DNA from: a virus
Taxonomy: Duplodnaviria; Heunggongvirae; Uroviricota; Caudoviricetes
Virus record (IMG/VR): IMGVR_UViG_2663763428_000010
Strand: one strand, 5' to 3'
Length of the DNA stretch: 40,397 nt
Positions 8,557-17,240 of this stretch are shown in pieces. The notes below the pieces were generated by a model. The model was not told where the DNA came from. It ran no database searches and worked only from the letters and a program-made list of their open reading frames with translations. The position numbers and the translations under genes are program-made. Numbering within the stretch: the first letter of the stretch is position 1; each line of letters starts with the position of its first letter.

Positions 8557-9069
8557 ATGGAAAGTAATATCAAAGGGTTAGTTTCTGCCGGGCATGAGAT
8601 GGCTTCGGAACTGAAAGCTGAATGTGGTGCCGTTGATATGCGCAGTGTGGCAAAGCTGCTCAGCGATTTGGCAACGCAACTGGAAGTGCAACTGGTGCGT
8701 GCTAATGCGCTGGCCGAAGACCACCAGAGCGCGATTGAGTCAATTAAGCAGGCTGATGCTGCTGTTAAGTTGGCACACGAGAAGTTTTCAGCGCTGGCAG
8801 CGGAGAATGCAAAGCTGAAGAAGTTCTGCAAAGACGCTGCATTCGATGCCGATTACGAAGCAGAGCTAGGTATGGAGAGAGGTGGCTTCAGTGATGCACT
8901 TAACGAAATCAAAACCCCGGCCACCGACGCATTCCTTGCTGAAGTCCGGGCGCAGGGCGTGGAGATGGCTATGGAGCATATGCAGTCGAGCGGTTCGTTA
9001 ACATTTGGAGATTGCTACATATCACTTAACGAGTTCGCCGCAGAGCTTCGCAAAGGAGGCAACCAGTGA
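8557..9069 (+). CDS. Hypothetical protein, coiled-coil rich
   Basis: 170 aa ORF with GAGGGTAAAT RBS. Confidence 0.55.
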   Translation: MESNIKGLVSAGHEMASELKAECGAVDMRSVAKLLSDLATQLEVQLVRANALAEDHQSAIESIKQADAAVKLAHEKFSALAAENAKLKKFCKDAAFDADYEAELGMERGGFSDALNEIKTPATDAFLAEVRAQGVEMAMEHMQSSGSLTFGDCYISLNEFAAELRKGGNQ

Positions 9070-9824
9070 GCAAGATTGACTATCAGGCACTGCGTGAGTT
9101 AGCAAAACAGGCAACACAGGGCGAATGGGTCGCATTTATTTCGCCGGGTACTGGTACGTATGCGGTGCATACGCCAGGTGATAAACGATGCGAAGATGTT
9201 ATCAAATGGCCTGGGTTTGATGGACAGAAAAAAGCTGCTGCTAATGCTCGTTATATCGCAGCTTTCAACCCTGAAGTAGTGCAGGCACTGCTGGATGAAC
9301 GGGAAAGAAACCAGCAATACATCAAACGCCGCGACCAGGAGAACGAGGATATTGCGCTAACGGTAGGGAAGCTGTTAATCGAAAACGGTCAGCTTGTTGC
9401 CGATACGCTACGCCACTTAGCTGATAACGAAATCGACTCTGATTATTTTGCTATCACCTCAACTAATGAGAACGGTACTGAAATTGATCATGAGATGTCT
9501 ATTACCGATTACGCACTGCAAGCTGCCGGAACTGTAGACGAATTGGTTGCGGCGCTGGAAGCCGCAAAATCAAAACTCAACGAGCAGCGTGAATATTACG
9601 AGGGAGTAATCGCGGATGGAAGTAAGCGCATAGCAGAGTTAGAAAGTGGTTCTCAGGCACAAAAGTTAGTTGAAGCAATCATTGTTGCGATAGAAAACGA
9701 ACAGGAACGTCTTTTTGATGAAGATTACCTAATGGATTCGAAAGAATGCATTGACGTAATTCGTGAAGAAGTAAAGCGATGGAATGATTCCCGCGCCGCT
9801 GGCATTCGCATCAAAGGAGAGTGA
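9066..9824 (+). CDS. Ead/Ea22-like protein
   Basis: 252 aa; N-terminus MSKIDYQALRELAKQATQGEW characteristic of Ea22-like proteins; GTG start overlapping previous stop. Confidence 0.6.
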   Translation: MSKIDYQALRELAKQATQGEWVAFISPGTGTYAVHTPGDKRCEDVIKWPGFDGQKKAAANARYIAAFNPEVVQALLDERERNQQYIKRRDQENEDIALTVGKLLIENGQLVADTLRHLADNEIDSDYFAITSTNENGTEIDHEMSITDYALQAAGTVDELVAALEAAKSKLNEQREYYEGVIADGSKRIAELESGSQAQKLVEAIIVAIENEQERLFDEDYLMDSKECIDVIREEVKRWNDSRAAGIRIKGE

Positions 9825-9825
9825 T

Positions 9826-10062
9826 ATGGCAACTTTGAAAAAAGAAGATCGTTTTACCAAAAAACAAATCGCCGAGGCAAAAATCCTCGATAACAACGGA
9901 ACCTACTTCATCAACGGTTCCATTCTTCCAGTTTATATCAATGAGGATGGAGACACTTACCTTATTGAAGAGTACGAAAAAGGCGAGCCGAGCGAACACC
10001 TCATTAAAGATTTGTTCGCGGATGGCGTTATTGTTGCGGTTAATCCAATCGGATACAACTGA
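9826..10062 (+). CDS. Hypothetical protein (78 aa)
   Basis: ATG at 9826 preceded by AAAGGAGAG RBS; track ORF start further upstream rejected. Confidence 0.5.
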   Translation: MATLKKEDRFTKKQIAEAKILDNNGTYFINGSILPVYINEDGDTYLIEEYEKGEPSEHLIKDLFADGVIVAVNPIGYN

Positions 10063-10072
10063 GGCATAATTT

Positions 10073-10243
10073 ATGACCACTTTAACCGACAAAGAACTGA
10101 TTAAAGAAATCAAAGAGCGTATCAGCAGCCTGGACGTTCGAGACAATATTGAACGCCGGGCTTATGAAATTGCACTGGCATCGCTGGAAGCAGACCCGGT
10201 TGTGTTCTGGTTTGAAAAATATCAAGAAGGGGCTACGGCATGA
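10073..10243 (+). CDS. Small hypothetical protein (56 aa)
   Basis: ATG with GAGG RBS; stop overlaps next start (ATGA); N-terminus MTTLTDKEL resembles next gene N-terminus MTTFTNSKL. Confidence 0.4.
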   Translation: MTTLTDKELIKEIKERISSLDVRDNIERRAYEIALASLEADPVVFWFEKYQEGATA

Positions 10244-11022
10244 CCACTTTTACCAATAGCAAACTAACAGACGAATACGTTTCAAATGCAACGTTGATTC
10301 GGCTCATTCTGTGGGCTGACCAGCACAATAGCCATTATGTTGTAGCGGCTCTGCGCGAGCTACAGGAGCGCCGCAAGGCTGATAGTGCCGAACCTGCAAG
10401 TAATCATGAAGAGTTGCCACTTGATTATCTCCAAGGTCAAAAAGATGGTCTTGAATGGGCTGCGCAGCTTGCAGAAGCAAATCACCCACAAACTGGCGAC
10501 TGGCTTTACGATGACCCGCTGGAGCTGGCTAAAGCTATCAGAAAAGGTCCTGACATGCCCGAATTCGATGGACCAACTCCGGTAACTCCGGCTCTTCTGC
10601 CTGGTGGTTTCACCATTGAGGAGGCGAAGGAATTACATGAAAACCTGGTACGCAGCCACATAAGCAAGGCCTTAAGTGGCGAAAAGATGAAAAAGAAAGA
10701 TCGCGATGCTGATTTGCGCTGGATTCATGGCGTAATAGTTCAGGCCGCGTGGTTTATAAAAGCATCACTGGAGCAGACCGCGCTATCGGGCACTCCTCCG
10801 GTAATTCCAGATGGTTGGATAAGCTGTAGTGAGCGAATGCCGGAAGACAACAAAATGTTACTGGCATTTAGTCAAGGTCAAATAGTGGCAGCATATTGGA
10901 ACTGGGTAATGAGTCCAATTGATTACAAAAAATATAGAGCTTTCACATATTTATCAGGAAATATCTTGGATGACGTAACCCACTGGATGCCGCTACCAGA
11001 ACCGCCGCAGGAGGTTAAGTGA
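10240..11022 (+). CDS. DUF551-domain protein
   Basis: 260 aa; C-terminal THWMPLPEPP segment typical of DUF551 as recalled. Confidence 0.55.
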   Translation: MTTFTNSKLTDEYVSNATLIRLILWADQHNSHYVVAALRELQERRKADSAEPASNHEELPLDYLQGQKDGLEWAAQLAEANHPQTGDWLYDDPLELAKAIRKGPDMPEFDGPTPVTPALLPGGFTIEEAKELHENLVRSHISKALSGEKMKKKDRDADLRWIHGVIVQAAWFIKASLEQTALSGTPPVIPDGWISCSERMPEDNKMLLAFSQGQIVAAYWNWVMSPIDYKKYRAFTYLSGNILDDVTHWMPLPEPPQEVK

Positions 11023-11372
11023 TGGACTATTCACAGTTAAGTGATTTTGAAATTAACAGAATGGTAGGAGACATAATTTTTAAAGGCCTTTGGGCGTGTA
11101 AACCGGAAACATCAGGGAATAACACCAACAAATGGTATTACGGAAATACTGATACAACTTTTGAGCCATTAAACCCTTTACCTGACTACTGCAATAATCC
11201 ATCGGATGCATGGCCTATTATTGTTGATAATAAAATCAGTCTAACCTGCCACCACTCTCGCGGTGAGTGGTCAGCTGTTTTTAATGCCGAGAACATTTGC
11301 TTTCATGCGAATAATCCACTCCGAGCCGCCATGATTGTATTTCTCATGATGCAGGAAAATCAGAATGGCTAA
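11019..11372 (+). CDS. Hypothetical phage protein (possibly DUF2591-like)
   Basis: 117 aa ORF overlapping neighbours; family guess unverified. Confidence 0.5.
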   Translation: MMDYSQLSDFEINRMVGDIIFKGLWACKPETSGNNTNKWYYGNTDTTFEPLNPLPDYCNNPSDAWPIIVDNKISLTCHHSRGEWSAVFNAENICFHANNPLRAAMIVFLMMQENQNG

Positions 11373-11703
11373 ATCAGCAGCAGAGCGCAAAGCCGCTCAG
11401 AGAGCCAGACAAGCTGAATCCGGTGTGCGTAAGCTGGAAATTATGCTTGATGCTCAGGAAATTGAAATGCTGGAGCGTAACTGTGCCACGCGTCGCCCCG
11501 GGCGTGCGCCTTACGAATTTGGTGAGTATATAGCGTTACTGATCCGCCAGGATGATGCACGCGTGCGTGGGCGTATGAAATCGATCAGCAGAAAACGTTG
11601 CGGTAAGTGCGGAGAGAGAGTTCCTGTGAATTCATGCCCGTGTAATGGTGACTCGCAATGCTGGGTGACTAAAGGCTGGCATGAAACGAAATTAATAGTG
11701 TGA
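11365..11703 (+). CDS. Hypothetical protein with C-terminal Cys cluster
   Basis: 112 aa; CGKCG...CPC motif; TGA stop lies inside the GTGACATGTCAC palindrome. Confidence 0.5.
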   Translation: MAKSAAERKAAQRARQAESGVRKLEIMLDAQEIEMLERNCATRRPGRAPYEFGEYIALLIRQDDARVRGRMKSISRKRCGKCGERVPVNSCPCNGDSQCWVTKGWHETKLIV

Positions 11704-11711
11704 CATGTCAC
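11700..11711. repeat. Exact 12-bp palindrome GTGACATGTCAC, copy 1 of 3
   Basis: Direct read; overlaps stop codon of the preceding gene. Confidence 0.9.
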
Positions 11712-11752
11712 GAGTAGATTATACATGATGAATTTGATGGGTTTTGAATACT

Positions 11753-11778
11753 GCCGCCAACTATGGCGGCTTTATTTT
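11753..11778 (+). terminator. Rho-independent terminator at end of early-right region
   Basis: GCCGCC-AACTAT-GGCGGC hairpin followed by TTTATTTT. Confidence 0.65.
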
Positions 11779-11789
11779 GCATGGTACTA

Positions 11790-11822
11790 TTACCACAACG
11801 GTAACTATTACCACGGTGGTTA
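11790..11822 (+). promoter_or_regulatory. Two operator palindromes immediately upstream of terminase small subunit (11790-11804 TTACCACAACGGTAA; 11808-11822 TTACCACGGTGGTTA)
   Basis: Tandem ACTATTACCAC direct repeats forming two TTACC-N5-GGTAA-type sites; second site abuts the terS start codon. Confidence 0.55.
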
Positions 11823-12418
11823 TGATGTCTGCTGAACCTAAAACCTATAAACGCAAATCAACGCAATTTAAGCCACTAACAGCAATGCAGGAGGCTTATT
11901 GCCAGTCATACATCAAAACGCCTGAAAACCAGACTCAGGCAGCGATTAACGCAGGATTCTCCCCAAATACAGCGGCAGTTAAAGCCAGTGTCATGATGCG
12001 CGATGAACGCATTCAAAAACGGATTGCCGAGTTGATGGAGGAGCGCAACAAACGAATGCGCGTCAGTGCTGATTACGTTCTCATGCGCCTGGTGGAGATC
12101 GACCAGATGGACGTGATCGACATCCTCAACGACGATGGGAGCCTTAAGCCAATCCGCGAGTGGCCGAAAATCTGGCGCACTACGCTTAGCGGCTTTGATC
12201 TGTCATCGACCATCATGAACATGAACGAGGATTCGATAGAGACAATCCTCAAAAAAATTAAATGGCCTGACAAGGTGAAGAACCTCGAACTGATTGGTAA
12301 GCACGTCGACGTCAACGCATTCAAAGAACGCCTGGATGTTAATGTGAATGTGACAATTGCTGATCGCATAGCAGCAGCCAGGAAGCGACTCAAAGAACGT
12401 CAGGATTGTAATCAGTGA
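11822..12418 (+). CDS. Terminase small subunit
   Basis: About 198 aa from ATG at 11822; position immediately upstream of large terminase; track ORF N-terminal extension crosses terminator and operators and is rejected. Confidence 0.65.
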   Translation: MMSAEPKTYKRKSTQFKPLTAMQEAYCQSYIKTPENQTQAAINAGFSPNTAAVKASVMMRDERIQKRIAELMEERNKRMRVSADYVLMRLVEIDQMDVIDILNDDGSLKPIREWPKIWRTTLSGFDLSSTIMNMNEDSIETILKKIKWPDKVKNLELIGKHVDVNAFKERLDVNVNVTIADRIAAARKRLKERQDCNQ

Positions 12419-13890
12419 CAGATACAGCGTTATCTCCTGAAGAGCAGTTGATCGAGGATATTGCAGGGTTCACTCACGATCCGCTTGGCTATGCCCTCTA
12501 TGCGTTCCCGTGGGGGGAAGAGGGGACTGAACTGGCACATGCTACCGGCCCACGTCAGTGGCAGGCTGATGCGTTCCGAGAGATACGTGATCACCTGCAG
12601 AATCCGGAGACGCGCTATCAGCCGCTTATGCTGGCACGCGCTTCTGGTCACGGTATTGGTAAATCCGCATTTATCTCAATGCTGATCAACTGGGGCATGT
12701 CCACTTGCGAGGATTGTAAGGTCGTGGTGACCGCCAACACCGACAACCAGCTACGAACGAAGACCTGGCCGGAAATTATCAAGTGGTCGAACCTTGCTAT
12801 CACGAAAGACTGGTTTACCTGTACCGCTACCGCGATGTACAGCAATGACCCTGGGCACGACAAGCGGTGGCGAGCTGACGCAATCCCCTGGTCTGAGCAC
12901 AACACTGAGGCATTCGCCGGACTACACAACGAGCGCAAACGCATCATCGTGGTATTCGATGAAGCGTCGAACATTGCGGATCTGGTGTGGGAAGTCGCTG
13001 AGGGTGCGCTTACGGACGAAGACACTGAGATTATTTGGGTGGCGTTCGGAAACCCGACGCGTAATACCGGACGTTTCCGCGAATGTTTCCGCAAATATAA
13101 ACACCGCTGGAAAACTGCGCAGATTGACAGCCGGACGGTGGAAGGCACCAACAAACAGCAGTTGCAGAAATGGGTTGATGACTACGGGGAAGACAGCGAC
13201 TTCGTTAAAATCCGTGTGCGCGGCATATTCCCTGATGCATCTGAATTGCAGTTTATCCCTACCGGTCTTACTGACGAGGCAATGAAACGGGTGGTAACTG
13301 CTGCGCAGGTGGCACATGCTCCGGTGATAATCGGCGTTGACCCTGCATACTCCGGTGTTGATGACGCGGTGATATACCTGCGGCAGGGGCTGCACAGTAA
13401 GGTGCTGTGGACCGGCAACAAGACCACTGACGATCTGATTATGGCAAAGCGTATCGCTGACTTTGAAGACCAGTATCAGGCTGACGCGGTGTTCATCGAC
13501 TTCGGTTACGGTACCGGGCTGAAGTCAATCGGTGACGGTTGGGGGCGCACATGGCAACTTGTTCCGTTCGGTGGCGCGTCTACTGACCCGCAGATGCTCA
13601 ACAAGCGTGGGGAGATGTTCAACTCATGCAAGACATGGCTGAGGCTGGGCGGCATGCTGGATGACCAGGAAACAGCGGACGACCTGTCGGCGGCAGAGTA
13701 CAAAGTTCGAGTGGACGGTAAAATCGTTATCGAACCGAAGGAAGATATCAAGGAGCGGCTTGGGCGTTCGCCGGGTAAAGGCGATGCGCTACTGCTGACG
13801 TTTGCGTTCCCTGTGTCTAAGCGTCTGCGAATTCCCGGGCAGCAGAACCAGCAAGGCAAGGCCATTACAGATTACGATCCCTATGCTTAA
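12415..13890 (+). CDS. Terminase large subunit
   Basis: 491 aa; Walker A-like GHGIGKS; nuclease-like C-terminal region; overlaps terS stop. Confidence 0.85.
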   Translation: MTDTALSPEEQLIEDIAGFTHDPLGYALYAFPWGEEGTELAHATGPRQWQADAFREIRDHLQNPETRYQPLMLARASGHGIGKSAFISMLINWGMSTCEDCKVVVTANTDNQLRTKTWPEIIKWSNLAITKDWFTCTATAMYSNDPGHDKRWRADAIPWSEHNTEAFAGLHNERKRIIVVFDEASNIADLVWEVAEGALTDEDTEIIWVAFGNPTRNTGRFRECFRKYKHRWKTAQIDSRTVEGTNKQQLQKWVDDYGEDSDFVKIRVRGIFPDASELQFIPTGLTDEAMKRVVTAAQVAHAPVIIGVDPAYSGVDDAVIYLRQGLHSKVLWTGNKTTDDLIMAKRIADFEDQYQADAVFIDFGYGTGLKSIGDGWGRTWQLVPFGGASTDPQMLNKRGEMFNSCKTWLRLGGMLDDQETADDLSAAEYKVRVDGKIVIEPKEDIKERLGRSPGKGDALLLTFAFPVSKRLRIPGQQNQQGKAITDYDPYA

Positions 13891-13932
13891 TCCGTTAGCG
13901 GGGATAATGACGGAGATATCCTCTGGTGAGGA

Positions 13933-13960
13933 TAAAACAAAGCCAGCTCATCGGCTGGCT
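13933..13960. terminator. Bidirectional rho-independent terminator between terminase and Gp49-like gene
   Basis: AGCCAGC-TCATCG-GCTGGCT hairpin flanked by A-tract upstream and GTTTGT downstream. Confidence 0.6.
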
Positions 13961-13964
13961 GTTT

Positions 13965-13976
13965 GTGACATGTCAC
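13965..13976. repeat. Exact 12-bp palindrome GTGACATGTCAC, copy 2 of 3
   Basis: Direct read; 4 nt from the stop codon of the Gp49-like gene and adjacent to the terminator hairpin. Confidence 0.9.
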
Positions 13977-13980
13977 GGTG

Positions 13981-14337
13981 TTATTGCTCGCTTAACTTCT
14001 GCTTCAGCAAGTAACCTTCAAGCATCCAGATTTTGTTTACAGCATTCTGCCGGGCAATCTTCCGACCAATTTCCGCATCAAAGTTTTCCGGGCTTGCACA
14101 GGCGCTCTCTCCGGTGACGGTGAAGCCGTTGCGCAGCACCAGAACGCAGAAAGTCAGGAGGTCTGTAGATTTATGCGCTGTCCATGAATCGCCAACGCCC
14201 ATATTGGCAGCACGAATGCCGTCATAAGCAGTAAAGAAATGCTCTTCAAGAATAATGCTTTCGATATATTGAGGCGTAACGCGCGGCGCGGCTAAACCTT
14301 TAGCCTGAATTTCAGATTCAATGTCTTTGTCACTCAT
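13981..14337 (-). CDS. N4 Gp49 / Sf6 Gp66-family protein (moron, function unknown)
   Basis: 118 aa minus-strand ORF inside an otherwise plus-strand late region; AAGGTGAG RBS; family assignment from recalled sequence pattern. Confidence 0.6.
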   Translation of the reverse strand: MSDKDIESEIQAKGLAAPRVTPQYIESIILEEHFFTAYDGIRAANMGVGDSWTAHKSTDLLTFCVLVLRNGFTVTGESACASPENFDAEIGRKIARQNAVNKIWMLEGYLLKQKLSEQ

Positions 14338-14353
14338 AGTCTAATCTCACCTT

Positions 14354-14377
14354 AAAAAAATGCCCGGCGAACCGGGC
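14354..14377 (-). terminator. Rho-independent terminator downstream of tRNA gene (minus strand)
   Basis: GCCCGG-TTCG-CCGGGC hairpin followed on the minus strand by U7; sits directly upstream of the Gp49-like gene RBS. Confidence 0.65.
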
Positions 14378-14540
14378 GAACTGGAAGCAATGAGTTATGC
14401 CTTCCGTGGCTGTACTGGTTTACAGCATGAAGTCATCGCAATGGCGTCCTGCTGTAAAAAGGGCGGTGATAGTCCTTCAAGGGAAACCATCACCGCCAAG
14501 CCCCTGGAACTTCTGGCATCACGGTCCTTAGGCGTGATTC

Positions 14541-14617
14541 TGGCGTGGCATGCAGGATTCGAACCTGCGACCAACCGCTTAGAAGGCGGTTGCTCTGTCC
14601 AACTGAGCTAATGCCAC
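14541..14617 (-). tRNA. tRNA-Arg, anticodon UCU (reads AGA)
   Basis: Reverse complement folds as full cloverleaf: acceptor GTGGCAT/ATGCCAC, D-arm GCTC...GAGC, anticodon stem ACCGC/GCGGT with loop CTTCTAA, T-arm GCAGG-TTCGAAT-CCTGC, discriminator G and encoded CCA. Confidence 0.85.
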
Positions 14618-14939
14618 AACGCTGAGAGCACTTAGCCTGTTAAGGCACCACACTTTGTCGCGGCTCCATAAATGCTCTCATCGTTGTACCCTCGCCTCTT
14701 CCGAGGCGTCACACCGAATCGCCGGGATGGTGAATCCCCGTGCGCGGAATAAAACCGCTCGACTTGCACATTCCGGCTACCTGGTTCGTTTGCCCGAGCA
14801 AGGGAGGGTGCCCCTTAAACGTATCCAGACCGCTATCGTCGCATGTGCCATACGCCGTACTGCTCAAAATAAAAGCTCACTCCACCTGTTCAATTTAACG
14901 ACAAGCCAGTCAGGTTAGTAACCGGAATGAACCCTTTAG

Positions 14940-14954
14940 TTACCTGAAGGGTAA
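14940..14954 (+). promoter_or_regulatory. Operator palindrome (TTACCTGAAGGGTAA) upstream of head gene operon
   Basis: TTACC-N5-GGTAA family member about 90 bp upstream of the ATG at 15045. Confidence 0.5.
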
Positions 14955-15044
14955 TAATTCGCGCGTTAAATGTCAACTGTCTACGATAAATAAATCATAT
15001 GTGGTTAAATTGGTAATGATTTAATTGCGTACGGAGTCATTGAT

Positions 15045-15251
15045 ATGTGCATGGGTAGCTCATCATCAGTGCCTGCAACACCAGAAGTTCAGGCAGCACC
15101 ACAGGAGCAGGATGCCGCCGTTGTTGATGCCCGCGACGAAGAAACTCGTCGCCGTCGCGCTGCTGCTGGTCGTAGTTCTACGCTGCTTACCGGTTCTCAG
15201 GGCGACACATCAACCGCTAATACCAGCGGTAAAACGCTGCTTGGTCAGTAA
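15045..15251 (+). CDS. Small hypothetical protein preceding portal (68 aa)
   Basis: GGAGTCATTGAT-ATG RBS context nearly identical to the portal RBS context. Confidence 0.45.
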   Translation: MCMGSSSSVPATPEVQAAPQEQDAAVVDARDEETRRRRAAAGRSSTLLTGSQGDTSTANTSGKTLLGQ

Positions 15252-15265
15252 CCGGAGTCATTGAA

Positions 15266-16945
15266 ATGGCGGAAACAACTAAAGAGCGATTGAACAAACA
15301 GTTCGCACAACTTGAAAGCGAGCGTCAGTCGTTCGAGCCGCACTGGCGCGAGTTGAGTGATTACATCAACCCGCGTGGTTCCCGCTTTCTGACTTCTGAG
15401 GTCAACCGTAACGATCGACGCAATACACGCATTATTGATTCGACCGGGACTATGGCGGCGCGCACTCTCGCCAGCGGCATGATGTCAGGCATCACAAGCC
15501 CCGCGCGTCCGTGGTTTCGCCTGGCTACGCCAGATCCTGAAATGATGGATTATGGCCCTGTTAAGTTGTGGCTTGAGGCGGTGCAGAACCGCATGAACGA
15601 TATGTTCAATAAGTCGAATCTCTATCAGTCGCTGCCGCAGTTATACGGAAGCCTCGGCACATACAGCACTGGTGCAATGGCAGTGCTGGAAGATGACGAG
15701 GACATCATTCGCACAATGCCATTCCCGATAGGCAGTTACTACCTGGCTAACTCACCTCGTGGCAGTGTGGACACCTGTTTTCGCAAGTTCGCTATGACTG
15801 TTCGTCAGCTTGTTCAGGAGTTCGGGCTAAATAACGTCAGCGAATCCGTAAAAAGCATGTGGGAAAGCGGCACCTACGAGAAGTGGATTGAAGTGATGCA
15901 TTCGGTTTACCCGAACATTGACCGCGATACATCGAAGCTGGATAGCAAGAACAAGCCATTCAAATCGGTTTATTACGAGGTTGGTGGCGATAACGACAAG
16001 TTGTTGCGTGAGTCCGGATTCGATGAGTTTCCAATTATGGCTCCGCGCTGGGAAGTTAACGGCGAAGATGTTTATGGATCATCATGCCCGGGTATGCTGG
16101 CGCTTGGACCTGTTAAGGCATTGCAGCTTCTTCAGAAGCGCAAGTCGCAGTTGATTGATAAAGCCACCAATCCGCCGATGGTTGCTCCGACTTCCCTCAA
16201 GAATCAGCGTGCCTCCCTTCTTCCTGGCGACATCACGTATATCGATCAGATTACTGGTCAGGATGGTTTCAGGCCTGCTTATCTGGTTAACCCCAGTACA
16301 GCAGATCTGGTAGCAGACATTCAGGACACTCGGCAAATCATTAACAGCGCCTACTTTGTCGATCTGTTCATGATGTTGCAGAACATCAATACCCGCTCGA
16401 TGCCTGTTGAAGCGGTGATCGAAATGAAAGAAGAAAAACTTCTGATGTTGGGGCCGGTTCTGGAGCGTCTGAACGACGAATGTCTTAATCCTCTCATTGA
16501 CCGCGCTTTCTCGATGATGGTGCGTAAAAACATGCTGCCGCCACCGCCTGACGCGATGGAAGGTATGCCCCTGAAGGTCGAATACATTTCCGTCATGGCT
16601 CAGGCGCAGAAGTCTATCGGCCTGTCCAGTCTGGCATCCACGGTCAACTTCATTGGTCAACTTGCGCAAGCGAAACCAGAAGCTCTCGACAAACTCAACG
16701 TTGATCAGGCGATCGATGCATTCGCTGATATGTCCGGAGTGTCTCCAACCGTCATTGTTCCGCAGGAACAGGTTGAGCAGGCTCGCCAGCAACGGGCACA
16801 GCAACAACAGCAGCAACAAATGATGGCGATGGGGATGGCGGCGGCACAGGGGGCCAAGACGCTAAGCGAAGCTAAAACTTCGGATCCGAGTGTGTTGTCA
16901 GCTATGGCGAATGCAGTTAGTGGTCAGGGTGGGCAATCACAATGA
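15266..16945 (+). CDS. Portal protein, T7 gp8-like head-to-tail connector
   Basis: 559 aa; size, position after terminase and poly-Q/acidic C-terminal tail; family call by recalled similarity. Confidence 0.8.
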   Translation: MAETTKERLNKQFAQLESERQSFEPHWRELSDYINPRGSRFLTSEVNRNDRRNTRIIDSTGTMAARTLASGMMSGITSPARPWFRLATPDPEMMDYGPVKLWLEAVQNRMNDMFNKSNLYQSLPQLYGSLGTYSTGAMAVLEDDEDIIRTMPFPIGSYYLANSPRGSVDTCFRKFAMTVRQLVQEFGLNNVSESVKSMWESGTYEKWIEVMHSVYPNIDRDTSKLDSKNKPFKSVYYEVGGDNDKLLRESGFDEFPIMAPRWEVNGEDVYGSSCPGMLALGPVKALQLLQKRKSQLIDKATNPPMVAPTSLKNQRASLLPGDITYIDQITGQDGFRPAYLVNPSTADLVADIQDTRQIINSAYFVDLFMMLQNINTRSMPVEAVIEMKEEKLLMLGPVLERLNDECLNPLIDRAFSMMVRKNMLPPPPDAMEGMPLKVEYISVMAQAQKSIGLSSLASTVNFIGQLAQAKPEALDKLNVDQAIDAFADMSGVSPTVIVPQEQVEQARQQRAQQQQQQQMMAMGMAAAQGAKTLSEAKTSDPSVLSAMANAVSGQGGQSQ

Positions 16946-17238
16946 CAGATTACGAAGACGATCAACTGAAAGAAGAAAACGCCCGTAAGCAACGTGACAT
17001 GGCGCAGCGTGAAATTGATGACATTCGCTTTGTCATGAGCAGTGAACAGGGGCGTCGCGTTGTCTGGTCGGTGCTGGAGAAAGGCCGTGTGTTTTCCGCT
17101 ATCTCACCGATGGACGCTATGGCAATGGCATTTAATGAGGGGCAACGCAATCTGGCGCTGGAACTGTTTCAGCGCGTTATGGCGCATTGCCCTGAACAGT
17201 ATTTGAAGATGGCCAAAGAGGCCAGTGAACAGGAGTGA
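16942..17238 (+). CDS. Hypothetical head-associated protein
   Basis: 98 aa; ATGA overlap with portal stop. Confidence 0.5.
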   Translation: MTDYEDDQLKEENARKQRDMAQREIDDIRFVMSSEQGRRVVWSVLEKGRVFSAISPMDAMAMAFNEGQRNLALELFQRVMAHCPEQYLKMAKEASEQE

Positions 17239-17240
17239 TC

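Noticed and set aside
11700-11711. GTGACATGTCAC as a CRP site
   Set aside because: CRP half-sites TGTGA/TCACA are separated by 6 bp in the consensus; here the spacer is 4 bp.
11744-11821. N-terminal extension of the terminase small subunit ORF (track start 11744)
   Set aside because: The extension runs through a rho-independent terminator and two operator palindromes and translates to low-complexity sequence; ATG at 11822 is preferred.
14360-14611. Plus-strand 83-aa ORF
   Set aside because: Overlaps the minus-strand tRNA-Arg gene and its terminator; no RBS; most likely spurious.
14655-14918. Plus-strand 87-aa ORF in the tRNA-to-head intergenic region
   Set aside because: No Shine-Dalgarno, sequence reads as non-coding; region more likely regulatory. 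A second tRNA or ncRNA here was considered but no T-loop (GTTCGAAT-type) signature was found.
16082-16819. Long minus-strand ORFs nested inside the portal gene (also 12648-13154, 19478-20086, 20490-21194, 24427-24909, 38001-38657)
   Set aside because: Antisense to confident structural genes with conserved features; typical shadow ORFs.
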